Source of the DNA: Candidatus Nanoarchaeia archaeon
GTDB taxonomy: Archaea; Nanobdellota; Nanobdellia; Woesearchaeales; GW2011-AR9
DNA: 64,000 nt
Assembly (NCBI GenBank): GCA_035289845.1
Contig: DATDWB010000028.1
Coordinates: 4,662 to 68,661, forward strand
Direction of reading: 5' to 3'
Part shown: positions 29,640 to 39,774 of the stretch, piece after piece
How the letters are laid out: each line of letters begins with the position of its first letter
How positions within the stretch are numbered: the first letter of the stretch is position 1
Translations under genes and position numbers: made by a program
The notes under the pieces: model-generated
What the model was told of the DNA's origin: nothing
Seen by the model: only the letters and a program-made list of their open reading frames with translations
The model's database searches: none

Positions 29640-30647
29640 ATGAAAGATTTAGAATTGTTAGTAACTTTATGGCCTACATTTCCCCACTTTAAAAGGTTCG
29701 CTCAGGACAATAGGCTGGCGGGTATAAGGTTAAACAGTGCCATGATTGAATTGGAAGAGTTAGGCGACGAATTACAACTGGCTCAGAAAATTGGCGGTCA
29801 AGTGCCTTTATATTTTGATGTTAAGGCCAGGCAGCTGCGGGTAGCAGAAGTAATACCTAATTCAAATTATCTTGAACTGATTTTGAATCACCCCATCAGC
29901 GTGAAAACTCCAACTGAAGTTTTATTTAAAGCGGGAGAAGATTGTGCTGTTTTGGATAAAGTTAAGGAAGGGAAACATTTAATCTTTCAGGGCGGACCGC
30001 ATTACAAAGTTAAAAAAGGCGAGTCACTTCATATAAGGCACCCTAGTTTAGAAGTTGGAGGTTCAACCTTTGCAGATTCGGAAATTCCTAAAATCGAAAA
30101 AGCCAAAGCAGCTGGATTTGATAAATTTTTTATGTCCTATGTTGAATCCCAGCGGGACATCGATGCCTTCCGTGAACTAGTGGGTGATGCCTACATCATT
30201 GCTAAAATTGAAAATAATAAGGGATTAAATTATGTTGCTAAAGAATATGTCAAAAAAGATAATCTGGCACTGATTGCGGCCTGCGGAGATTTATATGTGG
30301 AGATAGGCAGACCCCATGAAATAATGGGGGCGCTGAAGTTGATAATTGAGAAAGACCCGCAAGCATATGTTGGGTCAAGAATGTTATTGTCAGTGATACA
30401 CAGTCCAGTTCCGTCCTTTGCAGATTTATTGCAATTGTCGTGGCTGTATGATACTGGTTATAAAAGGATGATGCTATGTGATGAGTTATGCTTAAAAGAA
30501 GATTTGCTAGGAACAGCAGTAAATGTTTTTGAAAGTTTCCGGGAGACTTATGCTCATGAAATACAAGAACAGATGGCTGTCGAACAATATGTTCCAATGG
30601 TAGGCAAAATAGGGATGATACAACTAGCAGAAAAGTTAATTTATTAA
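29640..30647 (+). CDS. Pyruvate kinase-like protein comprising the A (TIM barrel) and B domains only, lacking the C-terminal domain
   Basis: VTLWPTF / AGIRLNSA / IIAKIENNKG / ACGDLYVEIG parallel the PK motifs CTIGPAS / ARLNFSHG / KIEN / ARGDLGIEI. 335 aa versus roughly 470 for a canonical PK. Confidence 0.45.
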   Translation: MKDLELLVTLWPTFPHFKRFAQDNRLAGIRLNSAMIELEELGDELQLAQKIGGQVPLYFDVKARQLRVAEVIPNSNYLELILNHPISVKTPTEVLFKAGEDCAVLDKVKEGKHLIFQGGPHYKVKKGESLHIRHPSLEVGGSTFADSEIPKIEKAKAAGFDKFFMSYVESQRDIDAFRELVGDAYIIAKIENNKGLNYVAKEYVKKDNLALIAACGDLYVEIGRPHEIMGALKLIIEKDPQAYVGSRMLLSVIHSPVPSFADLLQLSWLYDTGYKRMMLCDELCLKEDLLGTAVNVFESFRETYAHEIQEQMAVEQYVPMVGKIGMIQLAEKLIY

Positions 30648-30748
30648 AACCAAGCACGTGGTTGGGCAGGAATAAATAAGAGTTATAACCTCTAGAAAAA
30701 GTATAATTCTGGAGATATTTTTAAATATAACTCCCTCCCAACAGTTTC

Positions 30749-31939
30749 ATGTCCCTATTTACTTTAAAATATGCCCCTCAAAATTCAGCCCAAATTCTAG
30801 GGCAGCAATTGGCAGTTTCCCAATTGAAGGATTTTATAGTTAATTATAATACTCAAAAACATAAGGCGGCCATACTTGTGGGAGAAATTGGGGTGGGCAA
30901 AACTAGTTCCGTTTATGCGCTGGCAAAGGAATTAAATTACGATGTTCTGGAAATTAATTCTTCTGATCTAAGGAATGCCGAAAATATAAAATCATTCCTA
31001 GATGCAGCTTTGGGGCAGCAATCACTATTCTTCCGCCCCAAACTGATTTTGATAGATGAAGTCGATAATATCTCTGGAATAAAAGATAGAGGCTGCATCC
31101 CGGCGGTAGTAGCAGCGATTGAGAAATCTAAATTTCCGATAATCTTAACCGCTAACGAGTACGAAGACAGCAAACTAAAGCCGCTGAGAAAGACAGCGCT
31201 GCAAATAGATTATCATAAATTACAGTACCGGACAATTTCCCACGCCTTGGAATTAATCTGCCAGCAGGAAAATATTTCCTATGAAGAAAAAGCAGTTCAT
31301 TCCTTGGCCAGGCAGGCTGATGGGGATATGAGGGCAGCGTTATTAGATTTACACTCTTGTGCGGAAGGATTAACTTCGGACAAAGTATTTAATCTTTCAG
31401 ACCGAAAAAGAACGGAATCAATACTGAATGTGTTAACAGTTATATTTAAATCGTCTACCGCTAAAAACGCTCTAGGGTCTTTAGATAATGTCGATCTGGA
31501 AATAGGCGAAATCTTTCTATGGATGGATGAAAACTTGCCCAAGGAATACATTAAACCTAATGATTTGGCTAAAGCGTATGAATGCCTTTCCCGGGCTGAT
31601 GTATTCAACGGGCGGATTAAACGGCAACAGCACTGGAGGCTGATGGTTTATATATATGATCTATTGACCGGAGGAGTTTCCTCTGCTAAAGAAGAAAAGA
31701 ATCCTGATTTTGTAGCTTACCGGCCAACGATGCGTCTATTGAGAATCTGGCAGTCAAATATGAAAAATTCCAAGAAGAAACAGATTGCGGAGAAACTAGC
31801 TAAAGCAACACATACCTCTCAGCGAGTGGCTGAAAGTCAGGTTGGTTATTTGCAGGAAATATTTAGGCATTCAGATGCTAAAGCGATGGCCGGGGAATTG
31901 AACTTGAACAATGAGGAAGTGGAATGGTTGACTCGGTAA
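30749..31939 (+). CDS. rfcL: Replication factor C large subunit
   Basis: N-terminal KYAPQN...ILVGEIGVGKTSSVYALAKE...EINSSD and the AAA+ lid. Confidence 0.6.
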   Translation: MSLFTLKYAPQNSAQILGQQLAVSQLKDFIVNYNTQKHKAAILVGEIGVGKTSSVYALAKELNYDVLEINSSDLRNAENIKSFLDAALGQQSLFFRPKLILIDEVDNISGIKDRGCIPAVVAAIEKSKFPIILTANEYEDSKLKPLRKTALQIDYHKLQYRTISHALELICQQENISYEEKAVHSLARQADGDMRAALLDLHSCAEGLTSDKVFNLSDRKRTESILNVLTVIFKSSTAKNALGSLDNVDLEIGEIFLWMDENLPKEYIKPNDLAKAYECLSRADVFNGRIKRQQHWRLMVYIYDLLTGGVSSAKEEKNPDFVAYRPTMRLLRIWQSNMKNSKKKQIAEKLAKATHTSQRVAESQVGYLQEIFRHSDAKAMAGELNLNNEEVEWLTR

Positions 31940-32017
31940 GAGTAAGAGCAGGTATTAAATTTAGGATTTAAATTCTAACCCCAAAACTTAATAAATAAAT
32001 AACCTCTTCTTAACTAA

Positions 32018-33514
32018 ATGACTCACACGGCTCAAGAATTAGCTGCCTTTTGCAAGAATAAAGGTTTTATTTATCCCTCTTCAGAAATTTATGGCGGGGT
32101 AGCGGGACTGTATGATTATGGCCACCTCGGAACTAGGCTGAAACATAATTTTGAAAACTTATGGAGGAAATATTTCTTAGGATTAAATGATAACTTCTTT
32201 GAGCTAGAAACAGCTAACATAATGCATGAAAATACTTTCAAAGCTTCCGGGCACTTGGAAAATTTTATTGATCCACTAGTAAAATGTTCAAAATGTGATT
32301 TTTCAGACCGGGCCGATCATTTTGTGGAAAAAAATGTTAAGAAGAGAATTGAAGGATTTACTCCCAACGAGTTAACTAAATTAATTCAGGATAAAAATCT
32401 TAACTGTCCTAAGTGCAAGAGCTCATTCAAACCGGTAGCGGGGTGGAATATGATGTTTCCACTGCAAATGGGAACAAATTCTTCCAATACTGCCTATTTA
32501 AGACCGGAAACAGCCCAATCACCCTATGTTAATTTTAGATTGCAGTATGAATTGCTGCGTAAAAAATTACCTTTGGGTCTGGCTTTGATTGGCCGAGCCT
32601 ACCGGAATGAAATCTCTCCGCGAAATCTAACTTTACGTCTGCGAGAATTTACTCAAGCTGAACTGCAGATTTTTTTTAACCCTTCTAAAATTAAGGAGCA
32701 TCCTTTTTTTTTTCAGGTAAATGAGTATCCGCTGAGGGTTATGCTAGCTGAAGATCGGGAACAAAACATGATCGTCGAACGATCGGCAGAAGAATTAGTG
32801 GAGTTAGGGCTGCCTAAATTTTATGTATATCATCTGGTTAAGATCCAGCAATTTTATTTGGATGTTCTTCATATTCCTAAAAATAAATTTAGGCTGTATC
32901 AATTGACTGATAAAGAGAAGGCTTTCTATAACCAGTATCATTTTGATATTGAAATAGAATTAAATGATTTTGGATATACTGAGATGGGTGGTCTGCATTA
33001 TCGAACTGATCATGATCTGAAAGGGCATCAGGAAATATCTAAGCAGAACCAGGAAATAGGGGACGAATCCAGCGGAGATAGTACTGGGAAAAAATTTATC
33101 CCTCATGTTTTGGAATTAAGTTTTGGAGTAGATAGGAATGTGTATGCCCTGCTGGATTTAAATTATACTAACAATCAGGAAAGAGGAAATATAGTATTAA
33201 GGTTAGAAAAAAAGTTAACCCCTTTCTATTTTGCAGTCTTTCCCCTAGTTAAAAATAAACCGGAAGTGGCGGCTAAGGCCCGGGAAGTGTATGATCATTT
33301 AAAAGAGTTGTATCCCGGTTTCTATGATGAAACTTCCAGCGTAGGAAGGAGATATGCTAGGGCGGATGAGATTGGGGTGAAGTACTGCTTGACCATAGAT
33401 TTTGATAGTTTAGAAGATAATTGTGTGACCATCCGGAATAGAGATACGACCCAACAGGAAAGGCTGCCCATAACGGAGCTGAAGGATAGGTTGTATGACT
33501 TGTTCATAAGTTAA
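32018..33514 (+). CDS. glyS: Glycyl-tRNA synthetase (archaeal/eukaryal alpha2 type)
   Basis: Class II motifs. N-terminal IYGGVAGLYDYGHLG. Zn-ribbon insert CSKCDF...CPKC. 498 aa. Confidence 0.9.
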   Translation: MTHTAQELAAFCKNKGFIYPSSEIYGGVAGLYDYGHLGTRLKHNFENLWRKYFLGLNDNFFELETANIMHENTFKASGHLENFIDPLVKCSKCDFSDRADHFVEKNVKKRIEGFTPNELTKLIQDKNLNCPKCKSSFKPVAGWNMMFPLQMGTNSSNTAYLRPETAQSPYVNFRLQYELLRKKLPLGLALIGRAYRNEISPRNLTLRLREFTQAELQIFFNPSKIKEHPFFFQVNEYPLRVMLAEDREQNMIVERSAEELVELGLPKFYVYHLVKIQQFYLDVLHIPKNKFRLYQLTDKEKAFYNQYHFDIEIELNDFGYTEMGGLHYRTDHDLKGHQEISKQNQEIGDESSGDSTGKKFIPHVLELSFGVDRNVYALLDLNYTNNQERGNIVLRLEKKLTPFYFAVFPLVKNKPEVAAKAREVYDHLKELYPGFYDETSSVGRRYARADEIGVKYCLTIDFDSLEDNCVTIRNRDTTQQERLPITELKDRLYDLFIS

Positions 33515-33529
33515 ATTTATAAGTTCAGG

Positions 33530-34087
33530 TTGACTTATAATGGTAAGATGTTGGGTCAAAAAAGAGGTTTTTCAGCAGTTTTATTGATTATGACAGTAGT
33601 AGGGGTTATTGTACCTTTAACACTATACTTGTTTGCGGTCTCAGTCCAAATTAAAACTTACAGCTTCTATGCTTTTGTTTCTTTTGCAGCTCTGTTGGCA
33701 GTACTGATAATAGCCAATTTTTTTTCTGCGGAAATGAAATTAAGGCATAAATTAGAAGAAATTGAATCTTCACTCGGTACTATTTCCTTAGAAGTTCTTA
33801 AACAGAGATATTTGGGGATATATAATCTGTATCTCAAGACTTCCGAACGGTATAAACGTAATTATTACGGCCGGGTAAACAAGATTAGGGAACGGGTTGA
33901 GTCCTATATTCAAGCTAAAAATAAAATTGATAACCTGCTGCGGGGGATTAACAGAGGGAGTTTACAGGAAAGGCAAGGCCGATATCAAGAGATACATGCG
34001 GCTTACCAAGCTCTGCCTCTAGAGAATCAGCAGGCTTATTATGAAGAAATAAAACATTTGAAAGAGCAGCTGGAGAGAGAAGGATGA
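33530..34087 (+). CDS. Hypothetical membrane protein with a C-terminal coiled coil
   Basis: Two TM helices followed by a heptad-rich region. Confidence 0.4.
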   Translation: MTYNGKMLGQKRGFSAVLLIMTVVGVIVPLTLYLFAVSVQIKTYSFYAFVSFAALLAVLIIANFFSAEMKLRHKLEEIESSLGTISLEVLKQRYLGIYNLYLKTSERYKRNYYGRVNKIRERVESYIQAKNKIDNLLRGINRGSLQERQGRYQEIHAAYQALPLENQQAYYEEIKHLKEQLEREG

Positions 34088-34181
34088 TATTTTTTGGGGG
34101 ATATTTGATCTAAGCCTAGAAAGAGATTTCTATTCCCTTCAACAGAAAATTATATAAAACCAACAGCCTAAGGCTTGCATT

Positions 34182-34616
34182 ATGGAAATAAAAGATGTAA
34201 AAGCCAATCAAGGCAATGTTGATTTAGTAATACAAGTAGTTAGTAAAGAAAACCCTCGCTCCTTTGAAAAATTTGGCAAGCAAGGGACTGTTTGCAACGT
34301 CATAGTGCAAGATGATACCGGGAAGCTAAAATTAACTCTCTGGAATGATGACATAGATAAAGTTAATATTGGAGATAAAATCCATCTTAAAAATGGCTGG
34401 TGTTCGGAGTATAAGGGGGAAAAACAGTTATCTTCCGGAAAATTGGGTTCAATTGAAGTCCTGGAAAAAAATGCTTCCAAGCTAGTAACTAATGACCCCA
34501 AAATATTAAACCGTATGAATGGGAATAATTATTCCGAAGATGATTCTGAAGGTGAAGAAGGGGAACAGGAAGGAGAGGGAGATTATATTGCAGATGAAGA
34601 GATGGTTGAGGATTAG
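34182..34616 (+). CDS. ssb: Single-OB-fold ssDNA-binding protein (SSB/RPA-like) with an acidic C-terminal tail
   Basis: OB-fold core. C-terminal DDSEGEEGEQEGEGDYIADEEMVED. Crenarchaeal-type SSB architecture. Confidence 0.65.
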   Translation: MEIKDVKANQGNVDLVIQVVSKENPRSFEKFGKQGTVCNVIVQDDTGKLKLTLWNDDIDKVNIGDKIHLKNGWCSEYKGEKQLSSGKLGSIEVLEKNASKLVTNDPKILNRMNGNNYSEDDSEGEEGEQEGEGDYIADEEMVED

Positions 34617-34682
34617 GTTCACCACTAATTATTTTTCTATTTTTAGATAACCTTTTTATAGGCGTTCTTATTAAGTAGGTTC

Positions 34683-35018
34683 ATGAAACTCCTCCCTTCT
34701 TTAAAACAAGTCAAGCGGTACATATTATTTGACCTAATCTCGGGTAAAAAGTTCGAATTCAGCGAAGTTGAAGCGGAAGTTAACTCCGCGCTGTTATTAT
34801 TCTTAGGCCAGTTAGGAATGGCTAAAGTCTCGCCCCTGCTTATAAAGGAAAGATATAAGAACAATAAATTTATATTAAAGGTCAATCATAAGTATGTGGA
34901 TGAGGCTATTGCCGCGATGATGTTAATAAAAAGCATTAAAGGAGTTCCAGTTATAATCAAGTCAGTAACAACTTCCGGCACGATCAGAAAAGCTGCGGAA
35001 AAAATTAAGGAGAAATAG
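34683..35018 (+). CDS. rnp2: RNase P protein component Pop5 (Rnp2)
   Basis: RYILFDL...HKYVDEAIAAMMLI...SGTIRKA conserved Pop5 pattern. Sits upstream of psmA as in the archaeal superoperon. Confidence 0.7.
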   Translation: MKLLPSLKQVKRYILFDLISGKKFEFSEVEAEVNSALLLFLGQLGMAKVSPLLIKERYKNNKFILKVNHKYVDEAIAAMMLIKSIKGVPVIIKSVTTSGTIRKAAEKIKEK

Positions 35019-35084
35019 AAAAATTTGAAATTTGAAATTTAAAATCAAGTAAGTTAATAAATTAAATTTAATGAGGTGTTTATC

Positions 35085-35810
35085 ATGCAAGGAAACAAAC
35101 AAATGATTGATAAAATGGGTTATGATCGTTCCATTACCATGTTTTCTCCCGATGGGAGATTATTACAAGTAGAGTATGCTAAAAAAACCGTACGCCAGGG
35201 ATCGACGGCGTTAGGAATTGTATGCAAGGAAGGAGTAGTATTGGTAGCAGACAAAAGGATAACTTCCAAAATGATGGTTCCGGAAGCCATTGAAAAAATG
35301 TTCAAGATCGATGACCATATCGCTGCCACTGCAGCAGGAATAATATCCGATGCACGGGTATTAGTAGATAGGGCTCAATTAAGAGCTCAACAGCACAGCG
35401 TGACTTATGATTCTAAGATTGATATTCTTTCAGTAGTCAAAGAAATGTGTGATCTGAAACAAATCTGCACCCAATCTGCGGGCTTAAGGCCATTTGGGGT
35501 TTCTATGCTAGTAGGGGGGGTAGAAGAGGATGGCACCCTAAAATTGTTTTTAACTGAACCTTACGGCTTATATTTCCAGTATCGGGCCAAAGCCATCGGT
35601 GAAGGAGAAGTTGAGGTGGATGATTACTTAACTAAGAAATACAAACCTACTCTGAGCTGCAATGAAGCGATCAAGCTGGGGTTGAGTGCCATGAAAGAGT
35701 TTCTTAAAGACGAATTTAATTTCGAGCGGGTAGATGCGATGTTAATTACCGTTGCTGACAAAAGAGTCAGAAGCCTGTCTAACGAGGAGATGAAGAATTT
35801 TTTAAAATGA
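35085..35810 (+). CDS. psmA: Proteasome alpha subunit
   Basis: YDRSITMFSPDGRLLQVEYA N-terminus. ATG at 35085 with a GAGGTG SD 6 nt upstream. The track begins at GTG 35076. Confidence 0.92.
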   Translation: MQGNKQMIDKMGYDRSITMFSPDGRLLQVEYAKKTVRQGSTALGIVCKEGVVLVADKRITSKMMVPEAIEKMFKIDDHIAATAAGIISDARVLVDRAQLRAQQHSVTYDSKIDILSVVKEMCDLKQICTQSAGLRPFGVSMLVGGVEEDGTLKLFLTEPYGLYFQYRAKAIGEGEVEVDDYLTKKYKPTLSCNEAIKLGLSAMKEFLKDEFNFERVDAMLITVADKRVRSLSNEEMKNFLK

Positions 35811-35856
35811 TCCTTAAAAGTAGTCTCAAAAAATAAGCTCCTAAAATAAAATTCTA

Positions 35857-36534
35857 ATGTCCAAGAAATTAACGGCGGCCCGAATTAAAAAGTACGGGCT
35901 AACTTTTGAAATTAGTGTGGATTCAGATAGAGCTCTGGAGTATAAACGCGGCCAGGCAGAGTTGGATGAAGTTTTATTAGCTGACCATATTTTTAGCGAT
36001 GCCCATAAAGGGTTGATTGCCCCGCAAGAAGATTTAAAGAAAGCTTTTGCGACTACTGATATCAATAAAATCGCTGATATAATTCTTAAACAGGGTGAAA
36101 TTCAATTATCAGCTGAGCACCGATCAGTGGAACGGGAACAAAAACTTAGGCGGATTATTGATTTGATTCATCGCCAAGCAATTGATGCCCGAACCAAGCT
36201 GCCTATACCTCCACAAAGAATAGAATCAGCCCTCGAAGAAGCCAAAGTTCATTTAGAGGAGCATAAAACCGCGGAGGAGCAATTAGAAGGAGTAATATCC
36301 AAACTTAGGCCAATTCTGCCAATTAGCATCGAACAGAAAGAAATGGTTGTACTCATACCGGCTCAGCACACGGGTAAAACTTATAATTTTGTCAAAAGCA
36401 ATAGTAAAATAATCAGCGAAGAATGGACCAATGATGGATCATGGAGAGCTAAAATTAAAATCACGGCGGGAATGCAGCAGGAATTTATCGATAAGTTGAA
36501 TTCTTTGACTAGGGGGGAAGCGGTGGTGCAATAG
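35857..36534 (+). CDS. sdo1: Ribosome maturation protein SBDS/Sdo1
   Basis: FYSH domain at the N-terminus. 225 aa. Conserved position between psmA and rrp4. Confidence 0.8.
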   Translation: MSKKLTAARIKKYGLTFEISVDSDRALEYKRGQAELDEVLLADHIFSDAHKGLIAPQEDLKKAFATTDINKIADIILKQGEIQLSAEHRSVEREQKLRRIIDLIHRQAIDARTKLPIPPQRIESALEEAKVHLEEHKTAEEQLEGVISKLRPILPISIEQKEMVVLIPAQHTGKTYNFVKSNSKIISEEWTNDGSWRAKIKITAGMQQEFIDKLNSLTRGEAVVQ

Positions 36535-36704
36535 CGAATACGCCCAAGAAACTTATCGTAGGGAAATAGTTTCGGGATAACACATACGCCCAAAAAACCA
36601 CAAACCTTTTAAATAAGCAGTAAATTAATGGAGTTATAGAGCGTAAAAGGAGAGATATCCGCACGCTTTTACCCATATTAAAACACCGGTGCGGATACAC
36701 AAAA

Positions 36705-37394
36705 ATGAGTAATATATTAGTAGAAGAAAGAAAGGTAGTAATACCTGGTGAGGCCTTAGCTGAAGGTTTGGATTATCTTCCGGGAGAAAACACTTACCGG
36801 GAAGACAACAAAATTTATTCTAAAGTTTTAGGATTAGTTTCCTTATCGGGTAGAGTAATTAAAATAACCCCTTTATCTGGACCCTATATCCATAAACCAG
36901 GGGATAAAGTAATTGGGCAAGTAGTAGACATTCTATTTTCCGGATGGAGAATTGACACTGGTACTGCCTATCAAGGTGTGCTTAATGTTAAAGATGCCAC
37001 TACCAGATTTATCAAAAAGGAAGAAGATTTAAGCAAAATTTTAGGTATTGGAGATTTTGTCATTGTTACAGTAACTAATGTCACTTCCCAAAACTTAATT
37101 GACTTAAGCATGAAAGAACCAGGACTTAAGAAAATTAATGGAGGAAGAATCATTAAAATTGGCTGCAACAAAGTGCCACGAGTTATTGGCAAAAAGGCCA
37201 GCATGATTTCTTTAATCAAAGACAAAACTGGCTGTGAAATTACAGTCGGCCAAAACGGATTGGTGTGGATCAAAGGGCCTACTCCGGAAGGAGAATCCCT
37301 AGCTGAGAGAGCAATTAAATTAATTGAAGAAAAATCCCACCAAGAAGGATTAACAATAAAAATTGAGGAGTTCCTAGAACAAAACAAGTTATAG
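36705..37394 (+). CDS. rrp4: Exosome complex RNA-binding protein Rrp4 (S1 + KH)
   Basis: S1 domain plus a KH domain (VIGKKASMISLIKDKTGCEITVGQNG). Confidence 0.85.
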   Translation: MSNILVEERKVVIPGEALAEGLDYLPGENTYREDNKIYSKVLGLVSLSGRVIKITPLSGPYIHKPGDKVIGQVVDILFSGWRIDTGTAYQGVLNVKDATTRFIKKEEDLSKILGIGDFVIVTVTNVTSQNLIDLSMKEPGLKKINGGRIIKIGCNKVPRVIGKKASMISLIKDKTGCEITVGQNGLVWIKGPTPEGESLAERAIKLIEEKSHQEGLTIKIEEFLEQNKL

Positions 37395-37406
37395 GGCTGA
37401 TTAAAA

Positions 37407-38180
37407 ATGGTTTACAAACAACGATTAGACGGAAGAAAAATTGACGAATTACGGCCGATGGAAGCTAAAGCGGGAGTAATCCCCAATGCGGATGGATCGG
37501 CTTCATTTAAAATAGGTAAAACCTGGGCTTTGGCGGCAGTATATGGTCCACGAGAATTGTATCCTAAATTTTTGCAAGATCCAAAGAAAGGGCTTCTAAG
37601 ATGCCACTATGGGATGATGCCATTTTCTGGTTCAGGGGAAAGAATAAGGCCGGGAAATAGCCGAAGGGCGCAAGAAATTTCCATGGTTATGACCAGTGCC
37701 TTAGAACCAGTAGTAGACTTAAGTGCTTTTCCAAATGCAGTAGTAGATATTTTTGTAGATTTACCTCAAACCGATGCTGGAACAAGATGTGCAGCTATCT
37801 CCGCGGCAGCTATAGCTTTAGCTGATGCAGGTATACCTATGACCGACATGGTCAGCTCAGTAGCCGTAGGAGAAGTAGACGGGATGGTCTGTGCGGACTT
37901 AACTTATAACGAAGAATCTTACGAGGGAATAGTTTCGGATATCCCGGTAGCTATGCTGCATAAGACTAAAGGGATTTCCCTGCTGCAGATGGATGGAGAA
38001 ATTTCCAAGAAAAATTTGGTTAAAGCGTTAGAATTAGCCGAAGCAGCTACGGAAAAAGTTTACGAATTGCAGAAGAAAGCATTGACTGAGAAATACGTCA
38101 GAGATCAAGATGGCAAGGGGAATAATAATGGAAAAAGTGAATATGAGCCCGAATTTGAAACTGAAGATTCAAGGGAGTAA
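37407..38180 (+). CDS. rrp41: Exosome complex exonuclease Rrp41 (RNase PH-like)
   Basis: RNase PH fold with DGR...ELRP and the phosphate-binding region. Confidence 0.88.
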   Translation: MVYKQRLDGRKIDELRPMEAKAGVIPNADGSASFKIGKTWALAAVYGPRELYPKFLQDPKKGLLRCHYGMMPFSGSGERIRPGNSRRAQEISMVMTSALEPVVDLSAFPNAVVDIFVDLPQTDAGTRCAAISAAAIALADAGIPMTDMVSSVAVGEVDGMVCADLTYNEESYEGIVSDIPVAMLHKTKGISLLQMDGEISKKNLVKALELAEAATEKVYELQKKALTEKYVRDQDGKGNNNGKSEYEPEFETEDSRE

Positions 38181-38195
38181 ATAGAGGAATTTAAA

Positions 38196-38984
38196 ATGAT
38201 AATTAACAAAGATTTAGTGCCTGAATTGGCATCGCAAGGGAAAAGGTTAGATAATCGAAGATTGGATGAATATCGTGAACCAATCCTAGTTGAAACTGAC
38301 ATCTCCTGGACGGCAGAAGGTTCAGCCAAAGTTCAAATAGGGAAAACGGTAGTTATGGCCGGTGTTAAACTGTCCATAGAGAAGCCCTATAATGATACCT
38401 CTGATGAAGGAGGGATAACCGTTAACGCAGAATTATTGCCGTTGTCCAGTCCGGAATATGAAACTGGACCGCCAAGTATAAAAGCAATCGAATTAGCCCG
38501 GGTAACTGATCGAGGAATCAGGGAAGCCAAAGCTATAGATTTTAAAAAATTATGTATCGAACCTGGAGTGAAGGCTTGGTTTGTTGTAATTGATATTATT
38601 ACAATTAATGACGATGGTAATTTGTTTGATGCTTCGGCCTTAGCAGTACTGGCGGCGCTTAAATCAGCTAAGTTTCCAGAAGTTGATCCCGAAACAGGAG
38701 CAATAGATTACAAGAAGAAAACTGATAAATCTTTACCTCTAACCAAAGAACCATTGACTGTAACTGTGTACAAAGTTAAAGGGAAACTGATGGTTGATCC
38801 TAATAAATATGAAGAACAGGCTTATGATGCCCGATTGACGGTGGCTTCTGATTCCAAAGGAACTATTTCTGCGTTACAGAAGGGAGGGTTCCATCCGTTG
38901 ACTGCGGAAGATATTTCCCAGATGGTAGATATAGCTTTAGATAAAGCTAAATTTTTGAGGGGGAAATTAAATCAATCTCTTTAA
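38196..38984 (+). CDS. rrp42: Exosome complex protein Rrp42 (inactive RNase PH-like)
   Basis: RNase PH-like. Directly follows rrp41. Confidence 0.85.
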   Translation: MIINKDLVPELASQGKRLDNRRLDEYREPILVETDISWTAEGSAKVQIGKTVVMAGVKLSIEKPYNDTSDEGGITVNAELLPLSSPEYETGPPSIKAIELARVTDRGIREAKAIDFKKLCIEPGVKAWFVVIDIITINDDGNLFDASALAVLAALKSAKFPEVDPETGAIDYKKKTDKSLPLTKEPLTVTVYKVKGKLMVDPNKYEEQAYDARLTVASDSKGTISALQKGGFHPLTAEDISQMVDIALDKAKFLRGKLNQSL

Positions 38985-39067
38985 CTGAAACAAATTGAAG
39001 TCATTTTTATTTTTATCAATTTTAAACAAAAAGTCTAAAAACAGCAAAGTAAATACTAACCTTAACC

Positions 39068-39295
39068 ATGGTCAAAGAAACTAAACCCTTTAAATATACT
39101 AAGTATGAGAAAGCTAGGATGATTGGTTCAAGAGCCTTGCAGATTTCGATGGGAGCTCCATTCCTGGTAAAGCTGACAGACAAAGAGTTGGAAAATATAA
39201 GGTACGATCCGATTGAAATTTCTATTTTGGAATTTAATGGGGGAATACTTCCAATTACCGTCAGAAGACCAGGCATTAAATCTAGGGAAAATTGA
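39068..39295 (+). CDS. rpoK: DNA-directed RNA polymerase subunit K (Rpo6/omega-like)
   Basis: YEKARMIGSRALQISMGAP motif. 75 aa. Confidence 0.85.
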   Translation: MVKETKPFKYTKYEKARMIGSRALQISMGAPFLVKLTDKELENIRYDPIEISILEFNGGILPITVRRPGIKSREN

Positions 39296-39612
39296 AAGTT
39301 CAATTTCCTGGTTTAGGCAGACTAAAAATGAACAACCAGATTACTTCAGCTAAATTAGACCGTTATTTTTCTATTACCAAAGAGGCTTTAGCCCAAGCTG
39401 GACAAGCTCTGGATTCCCAACGCTTGGATAAGGCTAAAGACTTTTTGGATATGGCTTCCCGCTATTTTGCGGATGCCAAATATTTCTCGGAACAGAAACA
39501 AGATTGGGTTCTAGCCTTTGCAGCCTTAAATTATGCTCACGGCTGGCTGGATGCCGGGGCCAGGATCGGGCTGTTTAAAGTTAAGGATAATCGGCTGTTT
39601 ACGGTAGATTAA
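39292..39612 (+). CDS. Conserved archaeal hypothetical protein (helical; true start possibly ATG 39328)
   Basis: ORF coupled to rpoK. No catalytic motif recognised. Confidence 0.4.
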   Translation: MKVQFPGLGRLKMNNQITSAKLDRYFSITKEALAQAGQALDSQRLDKAKDFLDMASRYFADAKYFSEQKQDWVLAFAALNYAHGWLDAGARIGLFKVKDNRLFTVD

Positions 39613-39774
39613 TCCGGTAAGCACTAAGCAGGTAAAATTTAGTAAGTACTACTAAACAGTACTAAATTCAGAAAGATTTATAAATAAGCCTGAACTATAG
39701 CTTAAAAAAGAGTTCTGGTAGAAGGTAAAATTAAGATTTAAGGCTTAAGATTTAAGATTAAGGGGGAACAAATA

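Noticed and set aside
39022-39303. 93-aa minus-strand ORF
   Set aside because: Antisense to rpoK, which has a clear conserved motif.
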